A stretch of 62,395 nucleotides of DNA from a virus (Duplodnaviria > Caudoviricetes). The position numbers and the translations under genes are program-made. Where the stretch lies: positions 1-62,395 of IMG/VR virus record IMGVR_UViG_3300036829_000406, one strand, 5' to 3'. How positions within the stretch are numbered: the first letter of the stretch is position 1; the number at the start of each line of letters is the position of its first letter. A model generated the notes under the pieces. The model was not told where the DNA came from, made no database searches, and worked only from the letters and a program-made list of their open reading frames with translations. Shown one piece after another: positions 28,401 to 37,200 of this stretch.

Positions 28401-28910
28401 GGACATGTTCGCCTTGAGGCCGCCGGTGGCCTGGGCGGCCGCGAGGATGGGGCGGCCGGCGGATACGGCGGCGGCGGCGAACCCGGCCAGCCCGACACCG
28501 GCCGTTATGATCACCGGGGACAGTGCGACCCCGGCTGCGATGGCCGCGCCGATGCCGCCGCCGGGGATGCCGCCGTCTCCGGCCAGGGCGCTGAATCCGC
28601 CGCTGGCCTCGGCCGCGTCTCTCCCGGCTTTCTGCGCCGCGTCGCCCTGGCTGCGCAGTGCCTCGTCGGCGAGCGCGGCCCGGCCGGCCAGCTCGTCCTC
28701 AGCGTCGGCGAGGATCTGGTCGGCTTTGGCCAGGGCCAGTGTCGCCCCGGCGGAGGTGTCCGCGGCCTTGCGCTGCGCGGACAGCGCGTCGGCGCACAGG
28801 CGGGCGCCCTTCGCGGCCAGGGTGGCGTTGTCGCCGGTCTTCTTGAAGCTGTCGGCGAGCTGGTCGGCGCCCCGGCCCACGAAATCGAAGGTGATCGACT
28901 CGCCGGCCAC
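25491..28910 (-). CDS. tape measure protein with lytic transglycosylase domain
   Basis: 1139 aa, Ala-rich; 'LWNQESGWN..A.NPSSGAYGIPQALP...QINWGLSYIKGRYG'. Confidence 0.9.
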   Translation of the reverse strand: MAGESITFDFVGRGADQLADSFKKTGDNATLAAKGARLCADALSAQRKAADTSAGATLALAKADQILADAEDELAGRAALADEALRSQGDAAQKAGRDAAEASGGFSALAGDGGIPGGGIGAAIAAGVALSPVIITAGVGLAGFAAAAVSAGRPILAAAQATGGLKANMSGLNPEQQQVAKGLLGLQGSYSSFTKSLQPEVFSAFNSGLGIAKTLLAGAAPVAQSASKALDGVLADLGADLKTTQWQQFFTFMATTAGPDVTMLGTAFTSLLNVLPGVLEDLQPVAEQMLSLVTNFTSATSAVVNFGKSNNQVSASVGTNTGVLGLLSRAVANVSAFMKPGGVLAGSYKSAMDAIPGSTGKAAAATAKLATAQQNAKPSTTSLTADVQILGSDTATAANQTTALTDAWNILVGNFASSETAVLNARQAVATFATDVKQAGAGSLTAKLGFESAVTSIGQMVTALQSAHTPARTIYNDLLSQISALQKSGPLNTEETRQLTGMKAAADAVATSTDGWTKATKASAAAIQANLLPQLASMHANTPKVRSDVDDLVDSIVNTGTKSAASHGARQQLITDLETAGVSATKAKGLVDQLQASINAMHGKTVTTVVEAQGSGTISIQGSGWATGSGNIRFHAAQGAYVNAGSGPTADDVLARVSRGELIVPAGMVRAGAVDHLRGKIPGFAAGGLVGLENSIAGAVPAAAAFAGNDSKEAVTAGVTEAMAAARKLVAAKNAAAAAASAGIGAPGGLGGPVSADALAAQAYARSRLGAYGWSIDQMADLIELWNQESGWNRFALNPSSGAYGIPQALPASKMGAAANPPTSSAAAQINWGLSYIKGRYGSPAGAEAHEIADHWYARGGLIPGFASGGTVPARGAAYLKAWQSRRGGGFGAAWGPIPVNPQIDAMTAAQHRAAVLAGSPGLTAAQHRHYTAAAADEKKRVAALTSERATERSWRTMLGTSDTHLTASIHAAGSTKSLAKNVTAWKKEIATQKATIGKISAMLGLTGTQQAAATKAAAAKAAAAALPAITHTYGGDVANNLGAVLASALGPFTGAARGALVSYDQGGWLRPGVTMAYNGTGRPEQVTPARGGGRGGVNVALEIDGTGSSAFDSLMVQWVRKHVKIKGGGDVQRAFGTH

Positions 28911-28928
28911 AGCTCACCCGCCTCACGA

Positions 28929-28979
28929 TTGACAGTGTGGTATTACCGCGTAGGATCACAGGCGGGTGGTATTACCACC
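28929..28979 (+). promoter_or_regulatory. promoter with two palindromic operators
   Basis: TTGACA 28929-34, 16 bp spacer, TAGGAT 28951-56; GTGGTATTACCGC 28937-49 and GGTGGTATTACCACC 28965-79. Confidence 0.7.
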
Positions 28980-29000
28980 GTCCAGGAGAAGAGGCGTGCC

Positions 29001-29615
29001 ATGCACCCCAGCGGTCCTGCAGGTCCCCGCAAGCTGCGCCGTTTCGCGCGGGCCGCCGCGCTGATCCTGCTGGCCGCCGTCGCCGCTGGCTGCAGCGGCG
29101 GCAGCATCGGCAGCGGCACGGCGGCCAGCGCGCCCGCATCCCGGGCGCCCGCTGCCCCCAGCCAGGTGGCCATGTTCAAGGACCCGAACGGCCTGTCCTG
29201 CCTGGCGTCTGAGAAAGAAAGCTCCGGATACTGCCCAGGTGATGACCCGACGCCGGCCCCGGCCGTGAACCCGGCCACCAAGGTCACTTTCGTCGTCACC
29301 GGGACCGGCGAGCCGTCGATCACTTACGGCAGCGACAGCGACAACCGCGACGGCGGTGGCACCCTCGGGGAGCTCGGTGAGGGAAACGCGCTGCCCTGGA
29401 CCCGCAGCCTGCATTTCAGCGGCGCCGCCCTGTACTACTTCATGGACGCCCAGCTCGAAGGCGCCGGCGACATTTCATGCAAGATCGTTGTCGCTGGCCC
29501 CGGTGATGACCCGCTCACCGTGGCCAGCGGCCACGCTGACGGCGGCTATAACATCTGCTCCGCGCAGGCCGCCCCGTCTGATCCGTCGGGGACGTCGTGG
29601 CAGGCCGAGGGCTGA
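29001..29615 (+). CDS. lipoprotein with MmpS-like C-terminal domain (moron)
   Basis: lipobox VAAG-C; 'VTFVVTG...ITYG...LPW...ISCKIVV...IC'. Confidence 0.75.
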   Translation: MHPSGPAGPRKLRRFARAAALILLAAVAAGCSGGSIGSGTAASAPASRAPAAPSQVAMFKDPNGLSCLASEKESSGYCPGDDPTPAPAVNPATKVTFVVTGTGEPSITYGSDSDNRDGGGTLGELGEGNALPWTRSLHFSGAALYYFMDAQLEGAGDISCKIVVAGPGDDPLTVASGHADGGYNICSAQAAPSDPSGTSWQAEG

Positions 29616-29619
29616 CCGG

Positions 29620-29793
29620 ATGGCCGACCGGCACAAGTCCAGCCCGATCCCGTTCCGGCCGCCGGAGGCCGACCGGGTGTGGCTGATGGCGCACGCCCAG
29701 CGGACCGGGAAAGCTGTCAACGCGATCCTGGCCGCCGCGCTCGCCGCCTACCGCGAGCATCATGAGAAGGAAGAGGGGCCGCGGGGGTCCTGA
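29620..29793 (+). CDS. Arc-like ribbon-helix-helix protein
   Basis: 'PIPFRPPEADRVWL...GKAVNAILAAALAAY'. Confidence 0.7.
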   Translation: MADRHKSSPIPFRPPEADRVWLMAHAQRTGKAVNAILAAALAAYREHHEKEEGPRGS

Positions 29794-30296
29794 TCATTTG
29801 CCGCTCAGGATGGTTTCCTCAACGAAGTCGATCAGGGCTTCGAAGTCCTCGACTTCGAGGAGCCCGATTTCCCACGGGCGGATCCCGAGGTGGAGCGCGA
29901 AGATCCCGAGGTACCGGTCCCGGTCCCATCCGTGCCAGCCGGGTCCGGGTCGGCCTGCGTAGGGTTTGCGGTGCTCTTTTCCGCCGCGGCCGCCTCCGCG
30001 TCCGCGGCCGCGTCCAGCGCGGCCTGCGCCGCGTCGAGCATTGACTGCAGCATCTCGCTCAGGTCGAAATCGGTGGTGCCGTCGAGGATGTCCTGGAACG
30101 CGGTGTCCACGTCCCGGCCGTCGCGGCGCCAGATGAGGCATGCGAGCATGGCCAGGGCTTTCGCGGACCCGGCCTCGAGGTCGTCCTGCCATTCGGCGTA
30201 CCGGCGTTTGTAGACACCCTCGATCCACAGCGCCTCGGACATGGGCTGCCTGGTGCCGTCGTAGTCGAACGTCTCACCGTTGATGACGATCTTCAC
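29794..30296 (-). CDS. tail assembly chaperone with probable -1 frameshift extension
   Basis: ORF 29832-30296 plus -1 frame ORF ending 29794 ('LGIRPWEIGLL..EDF'); GGAAAAG slippery-like site at 29976-29982; upstream of the TMP. Confidence 0.75.
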
Positions 30297-30871
30297 CGCG
30301 GCGCTCCTGTCACGGCCGGCTGGACCCCGGCGTCATCCCATGCGGCCTGGGCGCCGTCGGGCCACGCCCAGTCTGCGGGCTTGCGTGCCTGGACGAGCAC
30401 TCCCGGGTCGGTGGGCAGGTCCGCCTCGAGCTGGAGCACGTCCAGGCCCGCGCCCTTGATGATGGCGTCCATCGCCTCGGTGGTGAACCGCCAGTGGTCT
30501 TCGGGGTAGCCGTGCAGCGGGAACCCGGGCCCGCGGGCGGTCAGCACCAGCAGGCCGCCGGGCGCGAGCAGGGTGATCATGCCGCGGACCGCTGCCTGCC
30601 AGTCCGCGGCGTGCTCGAGCATTTCCGTGGAGATCACCACGTCCGCGCTGTCCTCGCCGAGCTCGGCGGGGAGGTCCTCGGCGAGGCACACCAGGTCGAC
30701 GCCCGGGCCGGCCCGCATGTCCGTCCCGGTGTAGGACGCGGGCTGCAGCGCCTCGGTGTGGCCGCGGACTGAGCCGTTCACGTCGAATGCCCCGGCTTCC
30801 ACCACCTTCTTGCCGGTCACGTCGTCCCCGGTGAGCGCGGAGGTGGCGAATGCGTATGCGCTGGGGTGCAT
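30293..30871 (-). CDS. class I SAM-dependent methyltransferase
   Basis: 'VVEAGAFDVNGS...GTDM..GPGVD...DVVISTEMLEH...PGG.L...HGYPED.WRFT'. Confidence 0.85.
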   Translation of the reverse strand: MHPSAYAFATSALTGDDVTGKKVVEAGAFDVNGSVRGHTEALQPASYTGTDMRAGPGVDLVCLAEDLPAELGEDSADVVISTEMLEHAADWQAAVRGMITLLAPGGLLVLTARGPGFPLHGYPEDHWRFTTEAMDAIIKGAGLDVLQLEADLPTDPGVLVQARKPADWAWPDGAQAAWDDAGVQPAVTGAPR

Positions 30872-31341
30872 CAGGGTCCTTTGCTGGCTGCTTGTGTGGC
30901 GACGTCTTCCAGTGCCTGCTCGATCCCCGCGCGGACCCGGGGCTGGGCGTCGCGTGCCGGGCCGCTGAACCATCCGGACTGCACACGCTGGGTGTACCAG
31001 TGCTCGCGGTCGCCGTACAGGGGATGGGTGAGCAGCCCCGAGTCCAGGCGGCGCAGCTTGCGGCCCTTGCCGCCGCCGCTCAGGGTCCGGGCGGTCAGGG
31101 TCACGCCGGGGTCACGGTCGCTGGTGCGGACATTGGAGCTGAGGCGCAGGTCCGCGTCCAGGGTTGCCGCGTACCGGTCCGGGAGGTGGGCCTTGAGGCC
31201 GTCGCGGATCTGGTCCTGCACCGGGGTGACCGCGCGGCGCATCGCCGCGGTGAGTTCCCGGACCAGGTCGCCGTCGCCAGCCAGGCGCAGGTGCCGGGCG
31301 ATGGATTCCAGCTCCGATGCCGCGTCGTCCAGGCCGGCCAT
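30871..31341 (-). CDS. neck/tail completion protein (HK97 gp10-like)
   Basis: position; 'LTHPLYGDREHWYTQ...GWF'. Confidence 0.6.
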   Translation of the reverse strand: MAGLDDAASELESIARHLRLAGDGDLVRELTAAMRRAVTPVQDQIRDGLKAHLPDRYAATLDADLRLSSNVRTSDRDPGVTLTARTLSGGGKGRKLRRLDSGLLTHPLYGDREHWYTQRVQSGWFSGPARDAQPRVRAGIEQALEDVATQAASKGP

Positions 31342-31766
31342 CAGGTGTTCAGGCCGCCTGTCGCCGGGTTGTACCGCTGGATCCGGCTGGCGGCGTTCCA
31401 GGTGGTTTTGGTGTTGACTGGGCCGCCGATTGCCCCGTCCATCTCGAAATCAGGCAGCACTGTTCCGAAGAAGTAGGCGTTTGGGTCCGATGACACATTC
31501 GGGTAAAGGTACATGTTGCGGGGCAGTCCGTCAGTTGCCGCCAGGTACGTCTGACCTGTGGCGTCGTCCCAGAACCCGGAGAAGTCCCCGGAGGCGTCCG
31601 GGAGGCCGGCCACGTAGATCTTGTTCTGGTCCCCGAACGCGGTGACGTCCTGCTTGTCGACCGTCATGCTCATGGTCCAGGACGCCTGGAATGTGACCGG
31701 TGATGCCGCGGCGCCGGTGGTCACACCAAGGTAAACGGCGCCGTTCCTTCCATGACTGCGTGCCAT
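31341..31766 (-). CDS. major tail protein
   Basis: 'HGRNGAVY...W.M....DKQDVTAFGD..K.YVAGL.D.SG.FSGFWD'. Confidence 0.8.
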   Translation of the reverse strand: MARSHGRNGAVYLGVTTGAAASPVTFQASWTMSMTVDKQDVTAFGDQNKIYVAGLPDASGDFSGFWDDATGQTYLAATDGLPRNMYLYPNVSSDPNAYFFGTVLPDFEMDGAIGGPVNTKTTWNAASRIQRYNPATGGLNT

Positions 31767-31769
31767 CTC

Positions 31770-32813
31770 TTACCCCTTGCTGATCATGCGCAGTAGCGCC
31801 TTGGCGTTATTGGTGAAGGTCCTGCCGGCGATGGCCGCGCGGGCTTTCGCCGCTGCCGCCGTACGCTCGTCCGGGTGTGCAAGAGCCCAGCGCAGCAGCT
31901 CTGATGCCTCTTGGGGGCTGCTGTAGGACGGCAGCATGGGGAACAGCTCGTCTGATTCGGGGCGGGGGTCGCGCAGGAAATACGTGCCGCACGCGGCGAG
32001 CTCGACCTCCCTCGGGCCGATGGCCCAGCCTTCCCCGGCGTGCGCGTCTTCGGCTTCGCGCCGGTAGAAGTTCAGGCTGCACCGGGCCTGCCGGTAGATT
32101 TCCGCGGTCTGCGCGTTGTCGACGCAGTTGTCCGGGTCGGTGGCGGTCCAGTCGCGCAGCGGAGAGTCCTCGGGGAGGTCCAGCCACGGCCCGGCGAGGT
32201 GCACGTCCAGGCCGGTCAGGTCCATCTGCTCGAAGAACCTGACCCTGCTCGGGAATCCGGTGCCGATGAACGCGAAGTCCCACTTCTCCGCCGACCCAGG
32301 GGGGGCCGGGTAGTGGACGCGCGGCCGGTAGGCGTGCGGCATGTACGCCGAGGTGCACAGCGCCTGGTACGCCGTGATGTTCTGCGGGTCGTTGAGCAGG
32401 TTGATGTCGGCGTGGGCGGCCCGGGCGAGCTGCTCGTCGTCCTGGTACGGCGATTCGGTGTGCAGCAGGACCACTTTCATGCCGCGGCCGCGTATCACGT
32501 CGAGGAGGTAAGGCGGGTACCAGAACGCGGAGACCAGCAGTACCACGTCGGGCCAGCACAGGAACGCGCCCCGCAGGATCTCGTGGGCGGCGGTGTCCAG
32601 GGCCGTCTGGCGGTCCAGGGCTTTGCGCATCGCGGGCCGGCCGTGCTCGTCGTTGAAGCCGGCTTCGATGTGGGCGGCTTCGTAGAAGCTGATCCGGTCG
32701 CCGAGGTTGAAGGTGTAGACGTCTTCGCCGAGGCCGCGGAGGGCTTCGGTCCAGCCCTCGTAGAGGTCGTGGACGCTGAAGTGCGGTCCAGGATGCCCGA
32801 TCAGCCAGCGCAC
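31770..32813 (-). CDS. glycosyltransferase (GT-B, CgeB/DUF3880-like)
   Basis: 'HTESPY...PHAYRP..H...FIGTGFPSR...LNF.R...PRE.ELAACG.Y.L..PR'. Confidence 0.8.
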   Translation of the reverse strand: MRWLIGHPGPHFSVHDLYEGWTEALRGLGEDVYTFNLGDRISFYEAAHIEAGFNDEHGRPAMRKALDRQTALDTAAHEILRGAFLCWPDVVLLVSAFWYPPYLLDVIRGRGMKVVLLHTESPYQDDEQLARAAHADINLLNDPQNITAYQALCTSAYMPHAYRPRVHYPAPPGSAEKWDFAFIGTGFPSRVRFFEQMDLTGLDVHLAGPWLDLPEDSPLRDWTATDPDNCVDNAQTAEIYRQARCSLNFYRREAEDAHAGEGWAIGPREVELAACGTYFLRDPRPESDELFPMLPSYSSPQEASELLRWALAHPDERTAAAAKARAAIAGRTFTNNAKALLRMISKG

Positions 32814-32815
32814 GC

Positions 32816-32926
32816 TCAGGCCGGTCCGTAAACGCGGCGGATGTAGTCGATTCCCCACTGGATCTGGGTCTTGATCTGGCGGCGATTGCGGCGGCGCACT
32901 ATGGCGCGCCAGACGGATCCGATCAT
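32816..32926 (-). CDS. 36-aa peptide resembling the C-terminal helix of SLT transglycosylases
   Basis: KTQIQWGIDYIRRVYG versus TMP AAQINWGLSYIKGRYG. Confidence 0.4.
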   Translation of the reverse strand: MIGSVWRAIVRRRNRRQIKTQIQWGIDYIRRVYGPA

Positions 32927-32928
32927 TT

Positions 32929-33402
32929 TTATCCCCATGGTGCGGAGTAGGCGACGCGGTAGGCGCACATGACGACGACCCCGGCTGCGCCCTGCCGGTA
33001 GGTGAACCGGCCGTCGGTGGTCCCGTCGAATGTGAGGTGGGCCGCGCCGCCGTCTGCGGCGGCGTCCTCGGCGGCGGCGAGCAGCTGGGTGACGCGGGCG
33101 CGGCGGCCGGGCAGGTCGGTGGTGTCGCCGGTCTGGGAGATGATCAGGCAGCCGACTGACCCGCGCTCGTCCTGCCCGGTGGTCATGTCGGCCCATTGCT
33201 GGGTGTAGGTCCCGGCCAGTGCGGTGGCCTGCAGGGTGCCGTCGGAGGTCATGGAGCCGTCGTGGCCGACGACGACGAAGTCCGCGTCGGTGGCGCCGGT
33301 GGGCTGTGCCCCGTCGTAGATGGGGACCCCGGCCAGGGCGGCCGCGGCGGTGTAGGCGGCGAGCAGCGCGGTCACAGCGTCAGCGAACCGTGTGGTGCTC
33401 AC
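32929..33402 (-). CDS. putative tail terminator
   Basis: position; 'VPIYDG.QP....DFVVVG'. Confidence 0.55.
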   Translation of the reverse strand: MSTTRFADAVTALLAAYTAAAALAGVPIYDGAQPTGATDADFVVVGHDGSMTSDGTLQATALAGTYTQQWADMTTGQDERGSVGCLIISQTGDTTDLPGRRARVTQLLAAAEDAAADGGAAHLTFDGTTDGRFTYRQGAAGVVVMCAYRVAYSAPWG

Positions 33403-34283
33403 AGGTACGCCTCGGACATGAACGGGATGCCGCCCTGGCTGCCGTTGAGCAGCTCGGCGGCCATGTTCGGGACCGCGAACCCGAACCCTGGCACGGTCAC
33501 CATCTCGCCGCCGCCCATCGGCAGCGCAGCCGGGCCGCGCTGGCTCGTCCACAGGTGCTGGAGGACGATCCGGGCGAAGCTGTTGAACGCGGCCGGGACC
33601 GCGGTGCCCCATCCGGCGACGTAGGTGACGTTGACCTGTGGCAGCCAGGAGAAAAACGGCCCGTAGAACGGCAGGCCCAGCTGGCGCCGGATCAGCCCGG
33701 CGTTGACGTCGAGGTCGAGGCCGGCGGAGATGTCGATGGCGCCGCCGGACGCGGAGATGATCGAGGTGACGGAGACCAGGGGCCGCTGCCGGACCGGGAT
33801 GACCGTCTGGTCTGCCATCATCTCGGATCGTTCGGTGACGGACCGGTTGACGAGGGGGCCGCCGGTGGCGCGTTCGAGGTTGCTCTCGATCGTCGCGATG
33901 TAGCTTTGTATCTCTGTGTCGAAGGTGGTTGTGGCCTGCAGGATGTTCAGGGTGTCCTTGGCGTCCTGGAGTGGCAGCACGGACGTCTCGAACGGGTCGA
34001 AGACGTCGAATTCGCCGAAGGAGACCCCGGCGCCGGTGCCGGTCGCTGTCCACGCGTACTGGTAGTGGCCGGTGGTGGCCAGGTCGGTGATGGGGATGTC
34101 CTGGTGGTAATTGCCTGTCGAGTCGAGCGTGGGGGTGGCGTAGGTGCCGGTGGTCAGCTGGGTGCCGTCGGCCTGGGCCAGTTTGGCGGTCAGGGTGAGC
34201 GTCCCGGCGTTGACCGGTGTGCCAGCGGTGTCCCGGACGGCGGTCGACAGGCGGATGGGCTGCCCGAGCGGGTAGCGGCTCAA
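33399..34283 (-). CDS. head-to-tail adaptor with N-terminal Ig-like domain
   Basis: 'LQDAKDTLN....FDTEIQSYI....ERATG...VTYVAGW...VP...ARIVLQHLW'. Confidence 0.75.
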   Translation of the reverse strand: MSRYPLGQPIRLSTAVRDTAGTPVNAGTLTLTAKLAQADGTQLTTGTYATPTLDSTGNYHQDIPITDLATTGHYQYAWTATGTGAGVSFGEFDVFDPFETSVLPLQDAKDTLNILQATTTFDTEIQSYIATIESNLERATGGPLVNRSVTERSEMMADQTVIPVRQRPLVSVTSIISASGGAIDISAGLDLDVNAGLIRRQLGLPFYGPFFSWLPQVNVTYVAGWGTAVPAAFNSFARIVLQHLWTSQRGPAALPMGGGEMVTVPGFGFAVPNMAAELLNGSQGGIPFMSEAYL

Positions 34284-37200
34284 TCCGGTCCTCCTGTCCG
34301 CTGGTCGGCTGCCGTGAGGGTGGCCTGTGCTGCCGTGCTGCCCGTCAGGGTGCCGACGGTGAACGCCAGGAGCTGCCCGGCGGCCGCGGTCAGGGTGCCG
34401 GTGCCGGCGAGTACCGCGGGCGCCCTGGCGGCGGTGGGTGCGGTCAGGGTGCCGAGCGCGGTCAGCGCCGCGGCGGCGGAGGTCCGGGCGGCCGTGGTGA
34501 GGGCTGCGCTGGCGGTGAGGGTGGTGGTGCCGGAGGTGACCGCGGCCGCGGTCGCGGGCAGCGACCCGGCCGCCGTGAGGGGTGCGCTGGCGGGGGTGAC
34601 CCCGCCGCCGCTGCCGGTGATCGCCCCGGCCGCGGTCAGGCTGGTGGTGGCCCGCTGCCCGGGTGTGGTGGTGAGCTGCCCGGCGGCGGCTAGTGTGGTG
34701 GCGGCCTGCCCGGCGGCCCCGGCGGTGACCGATCCGGTGCCTGCCATGGTGGCGGGGGCGGTCACGCCAGCGCCTGCGGTCAGGTGGGCGGCGCCTGGCA
34801 GGGAGCTGCCCTGGACGGTGCCGCCCGTGATCGAGGCTGCGGCGCCGAGGACGGCGCCGGCCTGCTGGGTGACCCCGGTGGCCACCGACCCGGTTCCGGT
34901 CAGGGTGACGGCCGCGCCCTGGGCCGCGCCGCCTGTGAGCGTCCCAGTCGCGGTCAGGGGCGCCCCGGCGCGCAGTGTGACCGGGACGGTGAGGTTTCCC
35001 GTGCCATCCAGGGCTGCGCCGCCGCCCTGGACTTCGGTGCTGCTGAGCGATCCGGCCCCGGCCAGTGTGGCCCCGGCCTGCCCGGCAGGCCCGGCGGACA
35101 GTGACGCACGGCCAGCCACGGTGATGGCACCGGCGGCCAGGGCCGCCCCGGCGGCCAGTGAGGCGGCCCCGCCCAGCGTCTTTCCTGCCTGGACGGCCGA
35201 GGCCGGTGCGTTCACCGACCCGGCGCCGCGCGGCGCCGCGCCAGCCTGCTGGACGGCGCCGGCGGCCAGCGTCCCGGCCGCGGTCAGGGTGACAGCGGCC
35301 GGCTGCAGCCCGGGGGCGGTGCCGAGCGATCCGGCCGCGGCCAGCATCACGGCCGTCTGCTGCGCTGGGCCGGCCGGAATTGAGCCTGCCCCGGTTAGTG
35401 CCGTCCCGGCCCGCTGGGCCGACGGGGCCGCGACCGAACCCGCAGCGTCCAGGGCCGTCCCGGCCCGCTGTACCGCCGGTGGTGCGCTCACCGACCCGGC
35501 CCCGGTCAGGCCCGCTGCCCCGGCGATGCCGCCGCCCGCGGCCAGCGACCCGGCCCCGGCCAGGTCCGCCGACGGCGTGGGGAACACGTCAGTCTGGCTG
35601 ACCTGCGCGATGCCGGCGACCGCATCCCAGCCCTGGAACGCGACCGTGATGGACGAGCCGTTATCGGTGAACGCTAGCCGGCCGTACTGGCGGCATTCCC
35701 CGCCGGAGTTGCTGTAATGCTGGTCGAACGTGGTCTGCATCAGGCCGCCGCCGACGTTGAGCAGCGGGGCCGCGCAGTACACCGGGAAACCGCCCCAGCT
35801 GTTGTTCGCGCCCACAGTGCAGCCGACCAGGTGCGAGTCGCCGTGCCACAGCACCACGTTCTTGACCAGGTGCCTGTTCGCCGCGATGTAGCTGATGATG
35901 GCCTGGCGTTCGGTGTCGTAGGACCACCATTTGTCCGGGCCGTTGGTGATCGTCGCTGTGCCCATCCAGGCGACGTCGGAGATGATCACTTTCAGCGGCT
36001 CGGGCTGGATCAGCTGGTTTTCCAGCCAGGCGAGCTGGGTGGCGCCCAGCATCGTCTTGGTGCCGTTGTCGGTGTTGCCCCCGGGCGACCGGTCGGTGTT
36101 CCGGATGTCGATCATGATGAACCGGACCCGGCCTGATACCCACGCCTGGTACAGGCCATGCGGTGGGCTGTTGACCGTATCGCCCAGGACGCCCATCGGG
36201 AAAACGGACTGGGCCGCCGCGATGTTCGTCGCGGTGTAGGTGTTGTCGGAATCGCCGTTGTCCGGGCCGGCCTCGTGGTCGGAGCGGCAGTAGTAGCCCC
36301 ACGCGGTGGCCACCATGGACGACAGCGACGGGATGAAGCCGATCTGGGTTTCGTAGACGCCGACCTGGGTGGCCAGCACGGTGCTGGTGGTGCCGGAGTA
36401 GTCGAAGTCTCCGGTGAAGACGTTCAGGTCGGCGCCGTAGCTGATCCAGTCGCTGATGGCCGCGGCGGTCGCCGGGGGGGTCACCGTGTCGCCCTGGGCG
36501 ATGCAGGAGACCAGGGCGACGGTGTAGTTCGCGGGGGTCCCGGCGGTCGCCAGGGTCTTGCATGCCCCGATGGGGCCGATCAGCGATTCCATCCCGCCGG
36601 ACGGGGTGTCGGCGACCTGCACGTAGTAGCGGGTGAAGGCGGACAGTCCGGTCAGGGTGTACCGGAGGTACCCGGATGCGTCCGGGGTCTGCGCTGTGAT
36701 GTAGGACGGTGAGGTCATCGACGGCGACGTGGAGTACGCCAGCCTGCAGGAGGTGGCCCCGGAGGTTTTCGCGTACACCTGGAAGCCGGCGGCGGCGGGG
36801 GCGCCCGCGACGAGCTGGGAGACGGTGCCGGGTACCGGGCCGCCCGGCGCGGCGACCGAGATGAGCAGCGCGCCGCCGTCGGCGGAGGCGGCCAGCGTCC
36901 CGGACAGGGCGCCGGTGGCCCCGGCGGTGGTCTGGGTCATCGTGGCCGCGTACACGTCCACGTTGGCGTGGCCCGCGCCGCCGCCGGAGTCAGCCTGGGC
37001 CAGGGCGGTGGTGAACCCGGACGGCGGCGTGATGGCCGGTACGGCGGCGCCGGCGCCCAGGCGGCCGGTGGCCAGCCAGATCAGCAGGTCGCCGTTCTGG
37101 CCGGTGGTGATCCCGGGGGCGGTCAGGGTCGTCCCGACCGAGCCCAGGCACGTCCCGGAGCCGGACAGTGACGGGTCGAACGGTGAGCTGGTGTCAGCCC

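Noticed and set aside
33219-35717. 832-aa plus-strand ORF
   Set aside because: Antisense shadow of GC-rich structural genes; no motifs
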